Under the pieces are notes generated by a model that did no database searches, had not been told where the DNA came from, and was given only the letters and a program-made list of their open reading frames with translations. This document shows, one piece after another, positions 38,505 to 49,230 of a DNA stretch of 64,000 nt. The stretch's first letter is position 1, and every line of letters starts with the position of its first letter. The stretch comes from Sphingobacteriia bacterium (GTDB lineage Bacteria; Bacteroidota; Bacteroidia; NS11-12g; UBA955): NCBI GenBank assembly GCA_021151535.1, contig JAGKXC010000007.1, positions 8,434-72,433 on the forward strand. Direction: 5' to 3'. The position numbers and the translations under genes are program-made.

Positions 38505-40397
38505 ATGAGTGATGCCATAAAACACGAATGCGGGGTAGCCTTCATTCGATTAAGAAAGCCTTTATCTTATTACCGCGAAAAGTACGGAACGTACTGGTAC
38601 GGAATCACCAAGCTTCAGTTTTTGATGACCAAGCAATTGAACCGTGGTCAAGACGGTGCAGGTTTGGGTGTTGTAAAATTGGATCCTGCTTATGGCGATC
38701 GATATTTGGCCAGAAAACGCAGTGCTACCAAAACAGCGTTAAGCGATATATTTGAGGGATTAGCGGAAGCATTCGAAGAAATTCCCAAGGAGTTTCGCGA
38801 TGATGAGGCATATTTAAAAAAGTATTTTCCTTATGCCGGTGAGTTGTTGTTAGGCCATTTGCGTTATGGCACTTATGGCGGTAACAGCATTGAGAATATA
38901 CATCCATTTTTACGTCAGAACAACTGGATGGCCAGAAACTTAATGTTGGCGGGTAACTATAACGTAACCAATACGGAAGAGTTATTTAACCAATTGATTG
39001 AGTTGGGTCAGCAGCCTAAAGAAAAGAGTGATAACGTATTGATGCTGGAGAAAATCGGTCATTTTATTGACGAGGAAAACCAGCGATTGTTTGGCATTTT
39101 TAAGGCCCAAGGATATACCAATTTGGAGATTACCGAGAAGATCAAAGAAGAAATTTCTTTGGTGAACATTTTGAAGCGCAGCTTTAAGAGTGTTGACGGT
39201 GGTTATAACATGATTGGTTTATTGGGTCATGGCGATGCATTTGTGATGCGCGATCCTGCTGGAATTCGCCCATCGCACTATTATATCGACGATGAGGTTG
39301 TGGTTGTAGCATCTGAGCGTGCTGCAATTCAAACGGCATTCAATTTATATCCTGAACAGATACAAGAATTAGGACCGGGTAACGCTTTGATTGTGAAGAA
39401 ATCAGGCAATGTTGAGGAGGTGAATATCATTGAGCCGGTTGAGAGAAAAAGTTGCAGTTTTGAGCGGATTTATTTCTCAAGAGGCAATGATCAGGAAATC
39501 TATGCAGAGCGCAAAGAATTGGGAAGATTATTGGCTCAACCTGTGATGAACATGTTGGGTAACGATTTGGTTAATACTGTATTTAGTTATGTTCCCAACA
39601 CTGCGGCAACCAGTTTTTATGGATTAATTGATGGCATCCACGAGATCAGAAGAAAGCTACAAGCCGAGGCATTGGCAACGGTTGATATCGCCAATGACCC
39701 TGAAAGAGTGAAGGAGATTTTAAGTTGGAGACCGCGTAGGGAGAAGATTTTGGTGAAAGACGTGAAGATGCGTACTTTTATTACAAATGATAACGAGCGT
39801 GAAGATTTGGTGGGGCATGTTTATGATATCACTTATGGTGTGGTGAAGAGTTGGGAGGATACGTTGGTGATCATGGATGATAGTGTTGTTAGGGGTACCA
39901 CATTGAGAACCAGTATTTTAAAGATTTTGGATCGATTGGAGCCCAAGCGTATTATTTTGGTAAGTAGTGCGCCGCAAATTCGTTATCCGGATTGTTATGG
40001 AATTGATATGAGTAAGTTGGGCGATTTTGCTGCATTTAGAGCTGCCGTTGAATTGCTGAATGAGAGGGGAATGGAATCTGTGATGCAAGCCACTTACGAA
40101 AAGGCGAAACAGGAATTGGAAAAGCATGCGAGTGAGCAAATGAACGTTGTTAAGGATATCTATGCACCGTTTACAGATGAAGAAATTGCGAGTAAAATTG
40201 CTGAAATGGTAAGGCCAAAAGGCATGCGAGCGCAGTTTGATATTTTGTTCCAATCTGTTGATCAACTGCATGTTGCATGTCCTAATGATTTGGGCGATTG
40301 GTACTTTACTGGCGATTTCCCAACACCAGGAGGAACGCAGGTAGCCAACAGGGCATTTGTGTATTATATGGAAGGCAGAAAAGAGCGCGCATATTAA
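38505..40397 (+). CDS. purF: amidophosphoribosyltransferase (long Bacteroidota form)
   Basis: N-terminal MSDAIKHECGVAF (Cys nucleophile directly after Met-processing region), Ntn-glutamine amidotransferase and PRTase domains; 630 aa. Confidence 0.85.
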   Translation: MSDAIKHECGVAFIRLRKPLSYYREKYGTYWYGITKLQFLMTKQLNRGQDGAGLGVVKLDPAYGDRYLARKRSATKTALSDIFEGLAEAFEEIPKEFRDDEAYLKKYFPYAGELLLGHLRYGTYGGNSIENIHPFLRQNNWMARNLMLAGNYNVTNTEELFNQLIELGQQPKEKSDNVLMLEKIGHFIDEENQRLFGIFKAQGYTNLEITEKIKEEISLVNILKRSFKSVDGGYNMIGLLGHGDAFVMRDPAGIRPSHYYIDDEVVVVASERAAIQTAFNLYPEQIQELGPGNALIVKKSGNVEEVNIIEPVERKSCSFERIYFSRGNDQEIYAERKELGRLLAQPVMNMLGNDLVNTVFSYVPNTAATSFYGLIDGIHEIRRKLQAEALATVDIANDPERVKEILSWRPRREKILVKDVKMRTFITNDNEREDLVGHVYDITYGVVKSWEDTLVIMDDSVVRGTTLRTSILKILDRLEPKRIILVSSAPQIRYPDCYGIDMSKLGDFAAFRAAVELLNERGMESVMQATYEKAKQELEKHASEQMNVVKDIYAPFTDEEIASKIAEMVRPKGMRAQFDILFQSVDQLHVACPNDLGDWYFTGDFPTPGGTQVANRAFVYYMEGRKERAY

Positions 40398-40400
40398 GAT

Positions 40401-40434
40401 TTGGTGGCGCGGTAAGAAAGATTTATTATTTTTG
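40401..40434 (+). promoter_or_regulatory. candidate promoter for frr (-33 TTG, -7 TATTTTTG)
   Basis: TAnnTTTG match at 40427-40434, 15 nt before the ATG; TTG about 23 nt upstream. Confidence 0.3.
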
Positions 40435-40448
40435 CTAAAATTGGAGTT

Positions 40449-41009
40449 ATGAGCACGGTAAACGAAGTTATTGAGCAATTGAAAGATCAGTTAGAAAAGA
40501 ACTTACAGCATACAATTGTTGAATTTGGAAGAATCAGGGCTGGTAAGGCAAGTCCTACCATGCTTGATAGTGTAATGGTGGAATATTATGGTGCATTAAC
40601 ACCGCTTTCACAAGTTGCGAACGTGGGAACACCAGACGCCAGAACGTTGGCAATTCAGCCTTGGGATAAGACGTTGATTCGCCCGATTGAGATGGCGATT
40701 ATTAATAGCAATTTGGGATTTGCACCCCAGAACGATGGGGAGATGATTCGTATTTCTGTGCCTGCATTGAATGAAGAGCGCAGAAAAGAATTGGTTAAGC
40801 GCACTAAGAATGAGGCGGAGAACTCTAAGGTTGGAATTAGAAATTTGCGTAAAGATGCCAATGAGCGTATCAAGAAATTGCAGAAAGATGGATTGAGCGA
40901 AGATGAGGCTAAGGTTGCGGAAGATAGGGTGCAGAAGATGGTGGATGGCTACATTGTGAAGACCGACCAATTGGTGGTTGACAAGGAAAAAGACATCATG
41001 ACCATTTAA
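40449..41009 (+). CDS. frr: ribosome recycling factor
   Basis: Full-length RRF-like 186-aa sequence. Confidence 0.95.
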   Translation: MSTVNEVIEQLKDQLEKNLQHTIVEFGRIRAGKASPTMLDSVMVEYYGALTPLSQVANVGTPDARTLAIQPWDKTLIRPIEMAIINSNLGFAPQNDGEMIRISVPALNEERRKELVKRTKNEAENSKVGIRNLRKDANERIKKLQKDGLSEDEAKVAEDRVQKMVDGYIVKTDQLVVDKEKDIMTI

Positions 41010-41035
41010 GGTTTTGATGTTTTATTAAATTAGAT

Positions 41036-42259
41036 TCAATACGCTTTTTCGATAGCCAATAGCGGCATCAATTCATTGGCATTTTTAAGTAATTCATCCA
41101 ATGTTGGAGCGATGATGGTAGCGTGACCGAGTTTGCGGTTGGGCTTAGACTCCGATTTGCCGTACATATGGATAAACACATCGGAACGATTTTGCAAAAT
41201 TTGAAGGTGTTTGAGATGGTATTTGCCAGAGAAATCTGTGGGTCCAACGATATTGATCATGGCGGCAGGTTGTTTTAGGCTAGGATCTCCGAGGGGTTTA
41301 TCGGTTAGGATACGCAGGAATTGTTCGAATTGAGATGTGTGGCAACCTTCGATGGTATGGTGGCCGGAGTTATGGGGTCTAGGGGCGATTTCGTTTACGA
41401 GGATATCGAGGTATATTGCTGAGGTATTGGCGAAATCGGTGATGGATGCGTGGGCATCGTGGGGGTTGGTATGAGATTGAAAATAAAGTTGATTTGGTGT
41501 AAGGAAAAGTTCAACGGCGAAGAGTCCTGGAGAGTTGAGAGATTCAACGGCTTTCAGGGCGATTTCTTTGGCTTTTTCTTCAACGTTGGGTTGTATTCTA
41601 GCTGGAGAGAAAAGGAACTCCACGAGATTGGAAGTGGGGTTGAAATACATCTCGATGGCAGGATAAACTGCGTGATTTCCGTGTGTATCAATGGCCACGA
41701 TGATGGCAATTTCGAGGCTATTTTCGATGAAGGATTCGAGGAGAATTTCCCCTTTGAAGGGAGGATTGGAGAGAAGATCTGCTTTGGAGGTAATGGCCAC
41801 GCCTTTGCCATCGTAGCCGCCGGTGCAGGTTTTTACCACAATGGTTTCACCGGGAAATTCTTGAAGGGTTTGGGGAGTAACTTGTGAGTGATGAAGGATT
41901 TGGTAGGGAGCGGTTGGAAGGTTATGAAGGGTATAATGGCGTTTTTGCTGTCCTTTGTTTTGAATAATTTTCAGAACATGGGGATTGGGAACAACGGGTT
42001 TACCTTCGGTTTGGAGTGCGATGAGGGTATCCACGTTGATGTGTTCAATTTCCCACGTAAGGATGTCTGAGGCGAGGGCCAATTCTCGGATGCTTGCATC
42101 CGAGTTGAGGCTGCCGGGGATAAACTCTTGTGTAAGTGGACCTGCTGGGCAATCTTTGGCAGATTCAAGCACAACGAAGTGTGCAGGAACATTATTATTT
42201 GCAGCCTCAATGGTCATCATGCCCAATTGGCCCCCGCCGATTATCCCAACTTTTTTCAT
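41036..42259 (-). CDS. purK: 5-(carboxyamino)imidazole ribonucleotide synthase (N5-CAIR synthetase, ATP-grasp)
   Basis: MKKVGIIGGGQLGMM start and C-terminal KLGHATI; the ORF-track 5' extension to 42454 is rejected. Confidence 0.85.
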   Translation of the reverse strand: MKKVGIIGGGQLGMMTIEAANNNVPAHFVVLESAKDCPAGPLTQEFIPGSLNSDASIRELALASDILTWEIEHINVDTLIALQTEGKPVVPNPHVLKIIQNKGQQKRHYTLHNLPTAPYQILHHSQVTPQTLQEFPGETIVVKTCTGGYDGKGVAITSKADLLSNPPFKGEILLESFIENSLEIAIIVAIDTHGNHAVYPAIEMYFNPTSNLVEFLFSPARIQPNVEEKAKEIALKAVESLNSPGLFAVELFLTPNQLYFQSHTNPHDAHASITDFANTSAIYLDILVNEIAPRPHNSGHHTIEGCHTSQFEQFLRILTDKPLGDPSLKQPAAMINIVGPTDFSGKYHLKHLQILQNRSDVFIHMYGKSESKPNRKLGHATIIAPTLDELLKNANELMPLLAIEKAY

Positions 42260-42418
42260 GTTGCAAAGATAGTTGGATGCCAAATTGAAATGAAAATTTG
42301 GATTGAAAATTTGGGTTGAATGTATGGAATCCTTGGGTGTTTCAACGAAAAATCGTTTGGATTTTTTTGAAGCCTTCAATATTTGTAGTACATTCGATGT
42401 AATATTCGAGAAACCCAT

Positions 42419-43771
42419 ATGGCAGACCCTCTCCCGGCGATAACAATTTTTCAATCGGTTTTTTCCATTTCCCCATTACAAATATTGAGTACCCAAACTA
42501 CTTTAACTGATTGGTTAATAGTGGTTTTATGTTTGGTATTGGTGGCGTTTTTTGCAGGAATGGAGATTGCATTTATTTCGGCAAGTAGATTGAGAATTGA
42601 GTTGCGCAGTAAGGATGGAACGGGTGGTGGAAAATGGCTTTCACGTTACGTTAAGCATCCCAGTGAATTTATTTCTACGGTACTTGTTGGCACCAATCTA
42701 GCTATGGTAGTTTATGGTTTGTACATGGGTGCGATTTTAGAGAATATTTTGGATGGGTTGCCTTATGTTTGGTTGCAATCTGACATCATACGTTATGCAC
42801 TGGTAACATTATTTAGTACCTTGATTGTATTGGTATTGGCTGAATACATTCCTAAAACCTTTTTCAAGTTGTATGCAGATACATTGTTATTTGGATTGGC
42901 GGGTGTGTTTCGGGCAGCGCAGGTGGTGATGTGGCCTTTTATTTTATTGACAAAAAAGATTTCGGCATTTGTTCTAAGGGTATTCACCAAAACAGAAATT
43001 TCTGAAACTACGCCTGTTTTTTCAAAGGTAGATTTAGACAATTATTTGGCGAGTTTAGAAAATTCCAGCAATCCTGATGGGTTAGAAATTGATACTGAGG
43101 TTTTTAGAAATGCTTTGGATTTTAGCGATGTAAAGGTGAAAGATTTTATGGTACCAAGACCAGAAATCATGGCTATTTCAGTAACCGATACCATCGAGAA
43201 TTTGCGTGCGAAGTTTATCGAAACAGCGCATTCTAAACTATTGGTTTATAAAGAAAACATCGATCATGTTATTGGATTTGTTCATCAAAGTGAAATTTTC
43301 CATTCGCCCAAGAGAATTCAAGATATTTTACGGCCGGTTTTGTTTGTTAATGAAAGTTTACAAGCGCATGATATGCTTCGTAATTTCATACATGAAAGAC
43401 GCAGTTTAGCTGTGGTAGTGGATGAGTTTGGCGGTACGGCTGGTATGGTTACCATTGAAGATGTACTTGAACAAATTGTTGGTGAGATTGAAGATGAATT
43501 TGATGTGGAAGATAGAATTGAGCAAGTTCTTGGCGATGGTCATTACAGGCTGTGTGGAAGATTGGAAGTTGAGTATTTGAATGAAAAGTACGATTTGCAA
43601 ATCCCAGAAGGTGAATATACAACTTTAGGTGGTTTTATTTTTCATGCTGCTGAACGTGTTCCAAGTGTTGGAGAATCGATACAATTGCAGCGCTTTCAGT
43701 TTTTAATTAAGGATTTGGTTGGTGCAAGAATTGAGGAAGTAGAGTTGCGAATTTTGCCAGACAACGAATAA
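42419..43771 (+). CDS. CNNM(DUF21)-CBS-CorC/HlyC transporter-associated protein (GldE-like)
   Basis: Four N-terminal TM helices, CBS pair and C-terminal CorC_HlyC region; GldE in gliding Bacteroidota has this architecture. Confidence 0.7.
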   Translation: MADPLPAITIFQSVFSISPLQILSTQTTLTDWLIVVLCLVLVAFFAGMEIAFISASRLRIELRSKDGTGGGKWLSRYVKHPSEFISTVLVGTNLAMVVYGLYMGAILENILDGLPYVWLQSDIIRYALVTLFSTLIVLVLAEYIPKTFFKLYADTLLFGLAGVFRAAQVVMWPFILLTKKISAFVLRVFTKTEISETTPVFSKVDLDNYLASLENSSNPDGLEIDTEVFRNALDFSDVKVKDFMVPRPEIMAISVTDTIENLRAKFIETAHSKLLVYKENIDHVIGFVHQSEIFHSPKRIQDILRPVLFVNESLQAHDMLRNFIHERRSLAVVVDEFGGTAGMVTIEDVLEQIVGEIEDEFDVEDRIEQVLGDGHYRLCGRLEVEYLNEKYDLQIPEGEYTTLGGFIFHAAERVPSVGESIQLQRFQFLIKDLVGARIEEVELRILPDNE

Positions 43772-43878
43772 ATATTGCAATTTTCGATAGAAACGCACCT
43801 AAGCAGTTTTGGCTTTCAGAATTAATTACTATTATTGATTAACAATCTCCTAATAAGGTGATTGTGATAATTATCAGT

Positions 43879-44610
43879 ATGAAACGTTTCTTATTTCACG
43901 GTGTATTTATTGCTTTTTTAAGTGTGTTTTCAATTACCACATTAAAAGCTGAGACTTTACAGAAGAGAAATCTTATTGTAAAAGATAGTGTAAAAAACAG
44001 GTTGTATTATCCAATGAAGTGGGAATTAACAACCAATATTACATTGAGTTTATCGCGTTTTGCTGGGAATCTAACCCGCAATTTAAATGATGATCCGTAC
44101 ATGATTATGTTAAGAAAGATGGATCAAAAGGGCAAAGGATTTGAAAGGGGGCATAACTGGAGAATGGGTTATAATGGATTTCAGATCAAATCTCAAGACG
44201 AACTGGGTGGTGGTCAATCAAGAAATACCCAAGATTTAGCACATTCTTTGTTGATTGGCCGTGAATGGAGAAGACAATTAGACCAAGGATTTTATGTTTT
44301 TGGTGGATTTGAGACGAGATTTATGTATCAAATGACGGAATCGAGAACATTAAATCGCGATATTTTCCCCACAACAGAATTCATTACTACCCGCACTGCT
44401 ACAGGAGGTAGTGTTGATGCATTCGGTGGCTTAGGATGGAGATTTAATCAGCGTTTAAGTATTTATACTGAAGCATCTTTGGTGGGACAGGCGTTAAAAA
44501 TTGACCGATCTTTTGAAAATTCTAGTGTTGTAACAAGTTTGCAGAATTCCATGCAATATCAATTTATCCCATTGGTGCCAATTGCGTTATTTATGTCGTT
44601 CAGTTTCTAA
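43879..44610 (+). CDS. hypothetical secreted protein, probable outer-membrane beta-barrel (C-terminal ...FSF)
   Basis: Signal peptide MKRFLFHGVFIAFLSVFSITTLKA; amphipathic beta pattern; C-terminal aromatic residue. Confidence 0.35.
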   Translation: MKRFLFHGVFIAFLSVFSITTLKAETLQKRNLIVKDSVKNRLYYPMKWELTTNITLSLSRFAGNLTRNLNDDPYMIMLRKMDQKGKGFERGHNWRMGYNGFQIKSQDELGGGQSRNTQDLAHSLLIGREWRRQLDQGFYVFGGFETRFMYQMTESRTLNRDIFPTTEFITTRTATGGSVDAFGGLGWRFNQRLSIYTEASLVGQALKIDRSFENSSVVTSLQNSMQYQFIPLVPIALFMSFSF

Positions 44611-45419
44611 TGGAAAAGCCAATTTTGAAGTCACCAACAGCGAAAAAATTGAGAAAAGACATGAGAAGTGAATTGGGAATTCCGAAGGTTATTACTTGTG
44701 TGATTTTGTTTATTATGTTGTTTGATGTGTCATTGTTAAATGCTCAAACAACCCAAACAGATACAAGTAAATCCAAAAGCGTAACTACAAGTAAAACGGA
44801 TGATGAATATCAGAAGATCAGGGAGCAAGCAAAACAACAGCCGGTTATTGGGGAAACCAAGCCAGGCACAGTTTTAAAGCCTGCAGATACAATTAGAAAA
44901 GCGCAACCTGTAATCATTAAGCGGAAAGTTGTAATTAATCAGGATTATGTTGGGTTTAATACATCGCCCATGCTACAACAGCTATTGCCATTTAATGCAG
45001 TTCCTGCAGATGCCGATTTAATGACATTGAACTTTAGAAGATACAAGAACAACAAGGGATATCGTTTTGCGATGGGAATCAACAATTTAACGATAAATTC
45101 AAACGTGCAATCACTGGCCATGTATTACGATTACGACAATCGAAAAAGCATGGGCGGAAAATGGTCTTATTTTCTTGGTTACGGAATAGGATTTGAGTTT
45201 TTTCAGGATAATTCCAAAAGCAATGGAGTGTTTTTTGCCAGTCAAGGATTTACAGATTTCCTTTTCACCGGTCACTGGGGTTTAGAATATAAGGTTAATG
45301 AAGTTTTCTCTCTGTCAACAGAGTCATTATTTGAGTTGAGACTCGGATCATCAGGTGGTATGAGATTAGTTCCACCAGTGGCGATAGTTGCCAATTTTAA
45401 TATTACTAAGGCGAGATAA
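44610..45419 (+). CDS. hypothetical secreted protein, distant paralog of the preceding ORF
   Basis: TAATG overlap with the upstream ORF; shared YFLGYGIGFEFFQ / YVFGGFETRFMYQ-like blocks. Confidence 0.35.
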   Translation: MEKPILKSPTAKKLRKDMRSELGIPKVITCVILFIMLFDVSLLNAQTTQTDTSKSKSVTTSKTDDEYQKIREQAKQQPVIGETKPGTVLKPADTIRKAQPVIIKRKVVINQDYVGFNTSPMLQQLLPFNAVPADADLMTLNFRRYKNNKGYRFAMGINNLTINSNVQSLAMYYDYDNRKSMGGKWSYFLGYGIGFEFFQDNSKSNGVFFASQGFTDFLFTGHWGLEYKVNEVFSLSTESLFELRLGSSGGMRLVPPVAIVANFNITKAR

Positions 45420-45515
45420 TAGCAAGAAAAACTATCATTTTTATCTGATGTAATTATTTTGCAAAAGTAGAGTAATTTTGGGAGAGGCTTTTAGAATTTA
45501 TCGCCAGTATAAATC

Positions 45516-46499
45516 CTATTTATTATATAAAATTGTATAATAATCGGATGTAAACCCTCCAACAACACCATACCCATTGGGGATATTGGATTTTACCACA
45601 CCTGGTATTTGTGTGATAGATTGTTGTTGCCAAATATGCGCTGCCTCTGTATTGTAATAGTTAAAAAGCGCTTCTGTTGTGTTTTCTAAAATGATGGTAC
45701 GAGAAATGAGCTTTAGAGTTTTGCTATTTGCAAATGGGTTAAGGTTATAGAATGCAAAATTGGCTTCAACCCCGTTGAAAGTTTCATCATCAAAAAGCAA
45801 TTCTTTATCGGTATAACTGTTGTATGAATTTCTGAGAAACGGCAATTCAGTACCATCGATTTTCATTTTTTCAATGTAATATGAGCTATCGATAATATTA
45901 CCGGAAGTATTTAAGGTGTATTTAATAATTTTTTGCACTACATATAGTCGGTAAAAATTGGCATAAAGCGCGCTGTCTTTAAAATGAACGGCGAAGGTTT
46001 GGGTATTACCAATTCCCGGAATTAATTGTGTTGCTGTATCAATTTTAGAAATTACTATTTTGGTTGGGAGTCTGTCAAATACTTCAAAGGTATCTTCCGT
46101 ATTTGCATAATGGAAATAAAAACTATCTTTCGCCTTAAGGTTGCTTTTCCAAATATATTCACCTGGTTTTAACAATATAAAAGATTGTGATGGGGTATTA
46201 TAGGAGTTTTTTAGCGTAGCTGTTGCTTGTGTTTCTGCATAAAACGGGCTGGTAATATCAACTACTTTAGAGCAATAGGCAATAATTGTTGAATCCGGAG
46301 TTAAAATTACTTTAACAACTGGACCTTTTGCTGTTTGGGTACTACTGGGAACTTTAATTTCTGTTACACATCCGAAACAGATTAAGCAACATAAGAGAGA
46401 TAGGGTGAAATTTTTAATTGCCGAGTTACAATTGAAATTTCTATAAATTTTGGCAAAGTCAAATCCGAAAATAATATTTTTAATACGGGAAAATCGCAT
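45516..46499 (-). CDS. DUF4249-like lipoprotein (partner of the upstream TonB-dependent receptor)
   Basis: Lipobox region LICFGC; position directly downstream of a CarbopepD_reg-type TonB receptor is the DUF4249 arrangement I recall. Confidence 0.55.
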   Translation of the reverse strand: MRFSRIKNIIFGFDFAKIYRNFNCNSAIKNFTLSLLCCLICFGCVTEIKVPSSTQTAKGPVVKVILTPDSTIIAYCSKVVDITSPFYAETQATATLKNSYNTPSQSFILLKPGEYIWKSNLKAKDSFYFHYANTEDTFEVFDRLPTKIVISKIDTATQLIPGIGNTQTFAVHFKDSALYANFYRLYVVQKIIKYTLNTSGNIIDSSYYIEKMKIDGTELPFLRNSYNSYTDKELLFDDETFNGVEANFAFYNLNPFANSKTLKLISRTIILENTTEALFNYYNTEAAHIWQQQSITQIPGVVKSNIPNGYGVVGGFTSDYYTILYNK

Positions 46500-46543
46500 G
46501 CCAACTGTTTATAATTGCTTCAAGCGAAGATATTAAAAACAAT

Positions 46544-49210
46544 CTAGAATTTATATTGGTAGCTTATTTGAGGCAATAAAGGGAGAATACTCATTTGATA
46601 AAATGTTTTTTCACCATTTTGGTTATACCCTATTTTGATTAAAAAGGGATTTTGTCTGTTATAGCAATTATACACTCCGATATTGAGTAAATGGGTAGAG
46701 TGTTTTTTGTGCCAGGTGAATTGAGCGTTGATGTCCAATCTGTGGTTGGCTCTGCTGCGGGCATTATTTTTATCGCCATAGATAAAAATTTCTTGAAATG
46801 GGTTATCTGGAGTTGGTGATGGATAAGCACCGATGGGCAAAGTGTAAGCGAATCCGCTGTTGAATATCCAGTTAGCGCTAAGTTGAATTTTGGGCGATAA
46901 TTGATACATACCAACTACATATAAATTATGGCGGCGGTCATATCTGGCAGGGAATGTTTTCCCGCTGTTCAATTCCGCGAAATTGCGGTTATTGTACATG
47001 AGGGTATAGGTTGTCCAGCCTGTGAATTTACCTTTTGTTTTTTCGATTAGAAATTCAAGGCCTTTGGCAATACCGATTCCTTGAGTAACTGTTTGTTCCC
47101 AATTTAGGATTGATGTAACGTAAATGGCATTGTCTTTATACTCAAGCAGATTATTGAATTTCTTTTGGAAGGTTTCGAAGCTGAACTGCCAGTTGCTTGC
47201 AGTATGCGTAAATCCGCAAGAAATTTGATTGGCGGATGAAGGTTTGAATTTAGCAGTGGAGGGAACCCATAAATCAGATGGCAAACCCATGGTTAGGTTG
47301 TTAAGTTGGTGAAAGAACTGAATATTTGAACATGCTGTAAGTTTAAACCAGTTGTTACTAGTGAAGCGATAACGATAATTAAATCGGGGTTCGGGGAGGA
47401 TGTAAAACTGTCCTTCAGTTAATCCAAAATAGGTACCACGAATACCCAAATCAACAAATCCAAATTTGGATGATTGCCAAGCAAGATGCAAATGTGCATT
47501 TAACTCAGGGGTAACAACGGGTTTTTCTTTATAGATTAAATTACGGTTAATGGAATCAATTTGGGTAATAATTTGCCGAGTACCTGGATTAAAAGTATGC
47601 AAGATTCCTTCGCTTCCTAATTGCACTTTGAAATATTTGGTTAGCTGTCTTTCAAATTTAAATCCGGCAGATTTCTCAATCAATGTGTTGGTTAAGCTAT
47701 AACTGGTATAACGGTTGATGTCGGCGATGGAGTCGGCATCATACCATTTACGTTGTTGAAATTCATTGAATTGCATGAACTTGTATTCGGTAACGTGCGA
47801 TTTCAAAGTGATTCGTGTTCTTGGATTTGGCGTTAATTGCCAACGAATTGCAGCGAAGCGATTGCCCCAACTCGTACTTTGTTCATTTTTTTGATAATAA
47901 TCTGCGTCTTCCAAAACCGCATATTGACGTTCTACCAAGGAAGCTTTATCAAACCCTTGAAATCCTGAAATTGTTAATACGGATTTAGGTGAAAAACGAT
48001 GAATTAATTTGAGGTTTAAGTCGTTGAAATTATAACCATTGATATTGTTCGAATCTTTAGTTAGGGCTTGGGCGATGGGATGGGCGATAAAACCCAAATT
48101 AGAACGACGGCCGGATAAAACGAGAGTAGTTTTATTTTTATAAATAGGCCCTTGTAAGTTCATTTTTGTAGAGAGCACGCCTACACTTATACTACCATTC
48201 CATCGGTTTGGATCGCCATCAATACTTTGTACATTCACCGCCGATGAAAGTCGGCCGCCATATTCTGTTGGAATATTTCCTCGATACAGCTGTGCACTCT
48301 TAACAATGTCGCCATTGAATGCGCCGAAAATCCCATATAAATGGTAGGCGTTGTAGATGGGAACTTCATCTAGCATGACCAAATTTTGATCGGGTGAGCC
48401 GCCACGAACATACATTCCAAGCATTCCTTCCGAGCCACCTACCACGCCGGGATTCATGGATAATGCGCGCATTACATCCACCTCACCGAGGAGGGTAGGC
48501 ATTTTACTTAACTGACTTTGGTTGATGTTAAATTGGTCTGATAATCCTTTAGAAACTGCGTTGGTTTTGGCTTGGGTGGTAATTTGAACAATGTCTGTTA
48601 CCGTAATCCTGTGCTCCGAGGAGAACCTCATGGGGATGTTTAATGCGTAGTCGCGCCCTCCCTCAAGGGTGTCGGTAAAAGTGTAAAAACCATCGTAGTA
48701 CACTTCTAAAATGATAGTATCTTGGTTAGCGGGTAAACGAAATACGCCAAATTCATCGGTAAATGTAAAATCGCCTGTAATTTTATTGGAAACATAGGCT
48801 TTAACCAATCTTTCTTCAGATAAACTATCGGTTACTCTACCTGAAATTGTAAATCTTTTGATGGATGGCGGGGGGCTATAAGTTTTGATGATGATACTGC
48901 CGCCGAACCATTCATAATCTAAACCAAATTGGTTGAGAAAATCTTTCAACGCTTTGGAGGGATTGATGTGTTGGTAGCGAAAAGAAATGGATTTGTTGAG
49001 GGGTAAAATTTCCTGATTATACTGAATGGGGGCCTCAATTACGGCTTGAAATTGGTTGATTGCAGCAACAAAATCTTTGCCTTGATAGGCGATTACGGGA
49101 TGGTTGTTTGACTGAGATTTTGCAGAAAATGGGATTACAAACAAACCCAACCAAAGCAGCAGCTTACATGCTTTTACAAGCGGGTAGGGGTTGCTTGGGT
49201 TGGCTTGCAT
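46544..49210 (-). CDS. TonB-dependent receptor with N-terminal carboxypeptidase-regulatory-like domain
   Basis: Signal peptide, TISGRVTD...carboxypeptidase-regulatory-like fold, plug and 22-strand barrel-length C-terminus ending ...YQYKF. Confidence 0.85.
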   Translation of the reverse strand: MQANPSNPYPLVKACKLLLWLGLFVIPFSAKSQSNNHPVIAYQGKDFVAAINQFQAVIEAPIQYNQEILPLNKSISFRYQHINPSKALKDFLNQFGLDYEWFGGSIIIKTYSPPPSIKRFTISGRVTDSLSEERLVKAYVSNKITGDFTFTDEFGVFRLPANQDTIILEVYYDGFYTFTDTLEGGRDYALNIPMRFSSEHRITVTDIVQITTQAKTNAVSKGLSDQFNINQSQLSKMPTLLGEVDVMRALSMNPGVVGGSEGMLGMYVRGGSPDQNLVMLDEVPIYNAYHLYGIFGAFNGDIVKSAQLYRGNIPTEYGGRLSSAVNVQSIDGDPNRWNGSISVGVLSTKMNLQGPIYKNKTTLVLSGRRSNLGFIAHPIAQALTKDSNNINGYNFNDLNLKLIHRFSPKSVLTISGFQGFDKASLVERQYAVLEDADYYQKNEQSTSWGNRFAAIRWQLTPNPRTRITLKSHVTEYKFMQFNEFQQRKWYDADSIADINRYTSYSLTNTLIEKSAGFKFERQLTKYFKVQLGSEGILHTFNPGTRQIITQIDSINRNLIYKEKPVVTPELNAHLHLAWQSSKFGFVDLGIRGTYFGLTEGQFYILPEPRFNYRYRFTSNNWFKLTACSNIQFFHQLNNLTMGLPSDLWVPSTAKFKPSSANQISCGFTHTASNWQFSFETFQKKFNNLLEYKDNAIYVTSILNWEQTVTQGIGIAKGLEFLIEKTKGKFTGWTTYTLMYNNRNFAELNSGKTFPARYDRRHNLYVVGMYQLSPKIQLSANWIFNSGFAYTLPIGAYPSPTPDNPFQEIFIYGDKNNARSRANHRLDINAQFTWHKKHSTHLLNIGVYNCYNRQNPFLIKIGYNQNGEKTFYQMSILPLLPQISYQYKF

Positions 49211-49230
49211 ATCCTCAATTATGAGTGAGC

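Noticed and set aside
41450-42319. Several plus-strand ORFs (60-145 aa)
   Set aside because: All lie antisense within purK. Glycine/phenylalanine-rich translations are typical shadow ORFs.
42260-42454. N-terminal 65-codon extension of the purK ORF
   Set aside because: Contains no recognisable domain. The canonical MKKVGIIGGGQLGMM start follows at 42259, and the extension would overlap the gldE-like gene start on the other strand.
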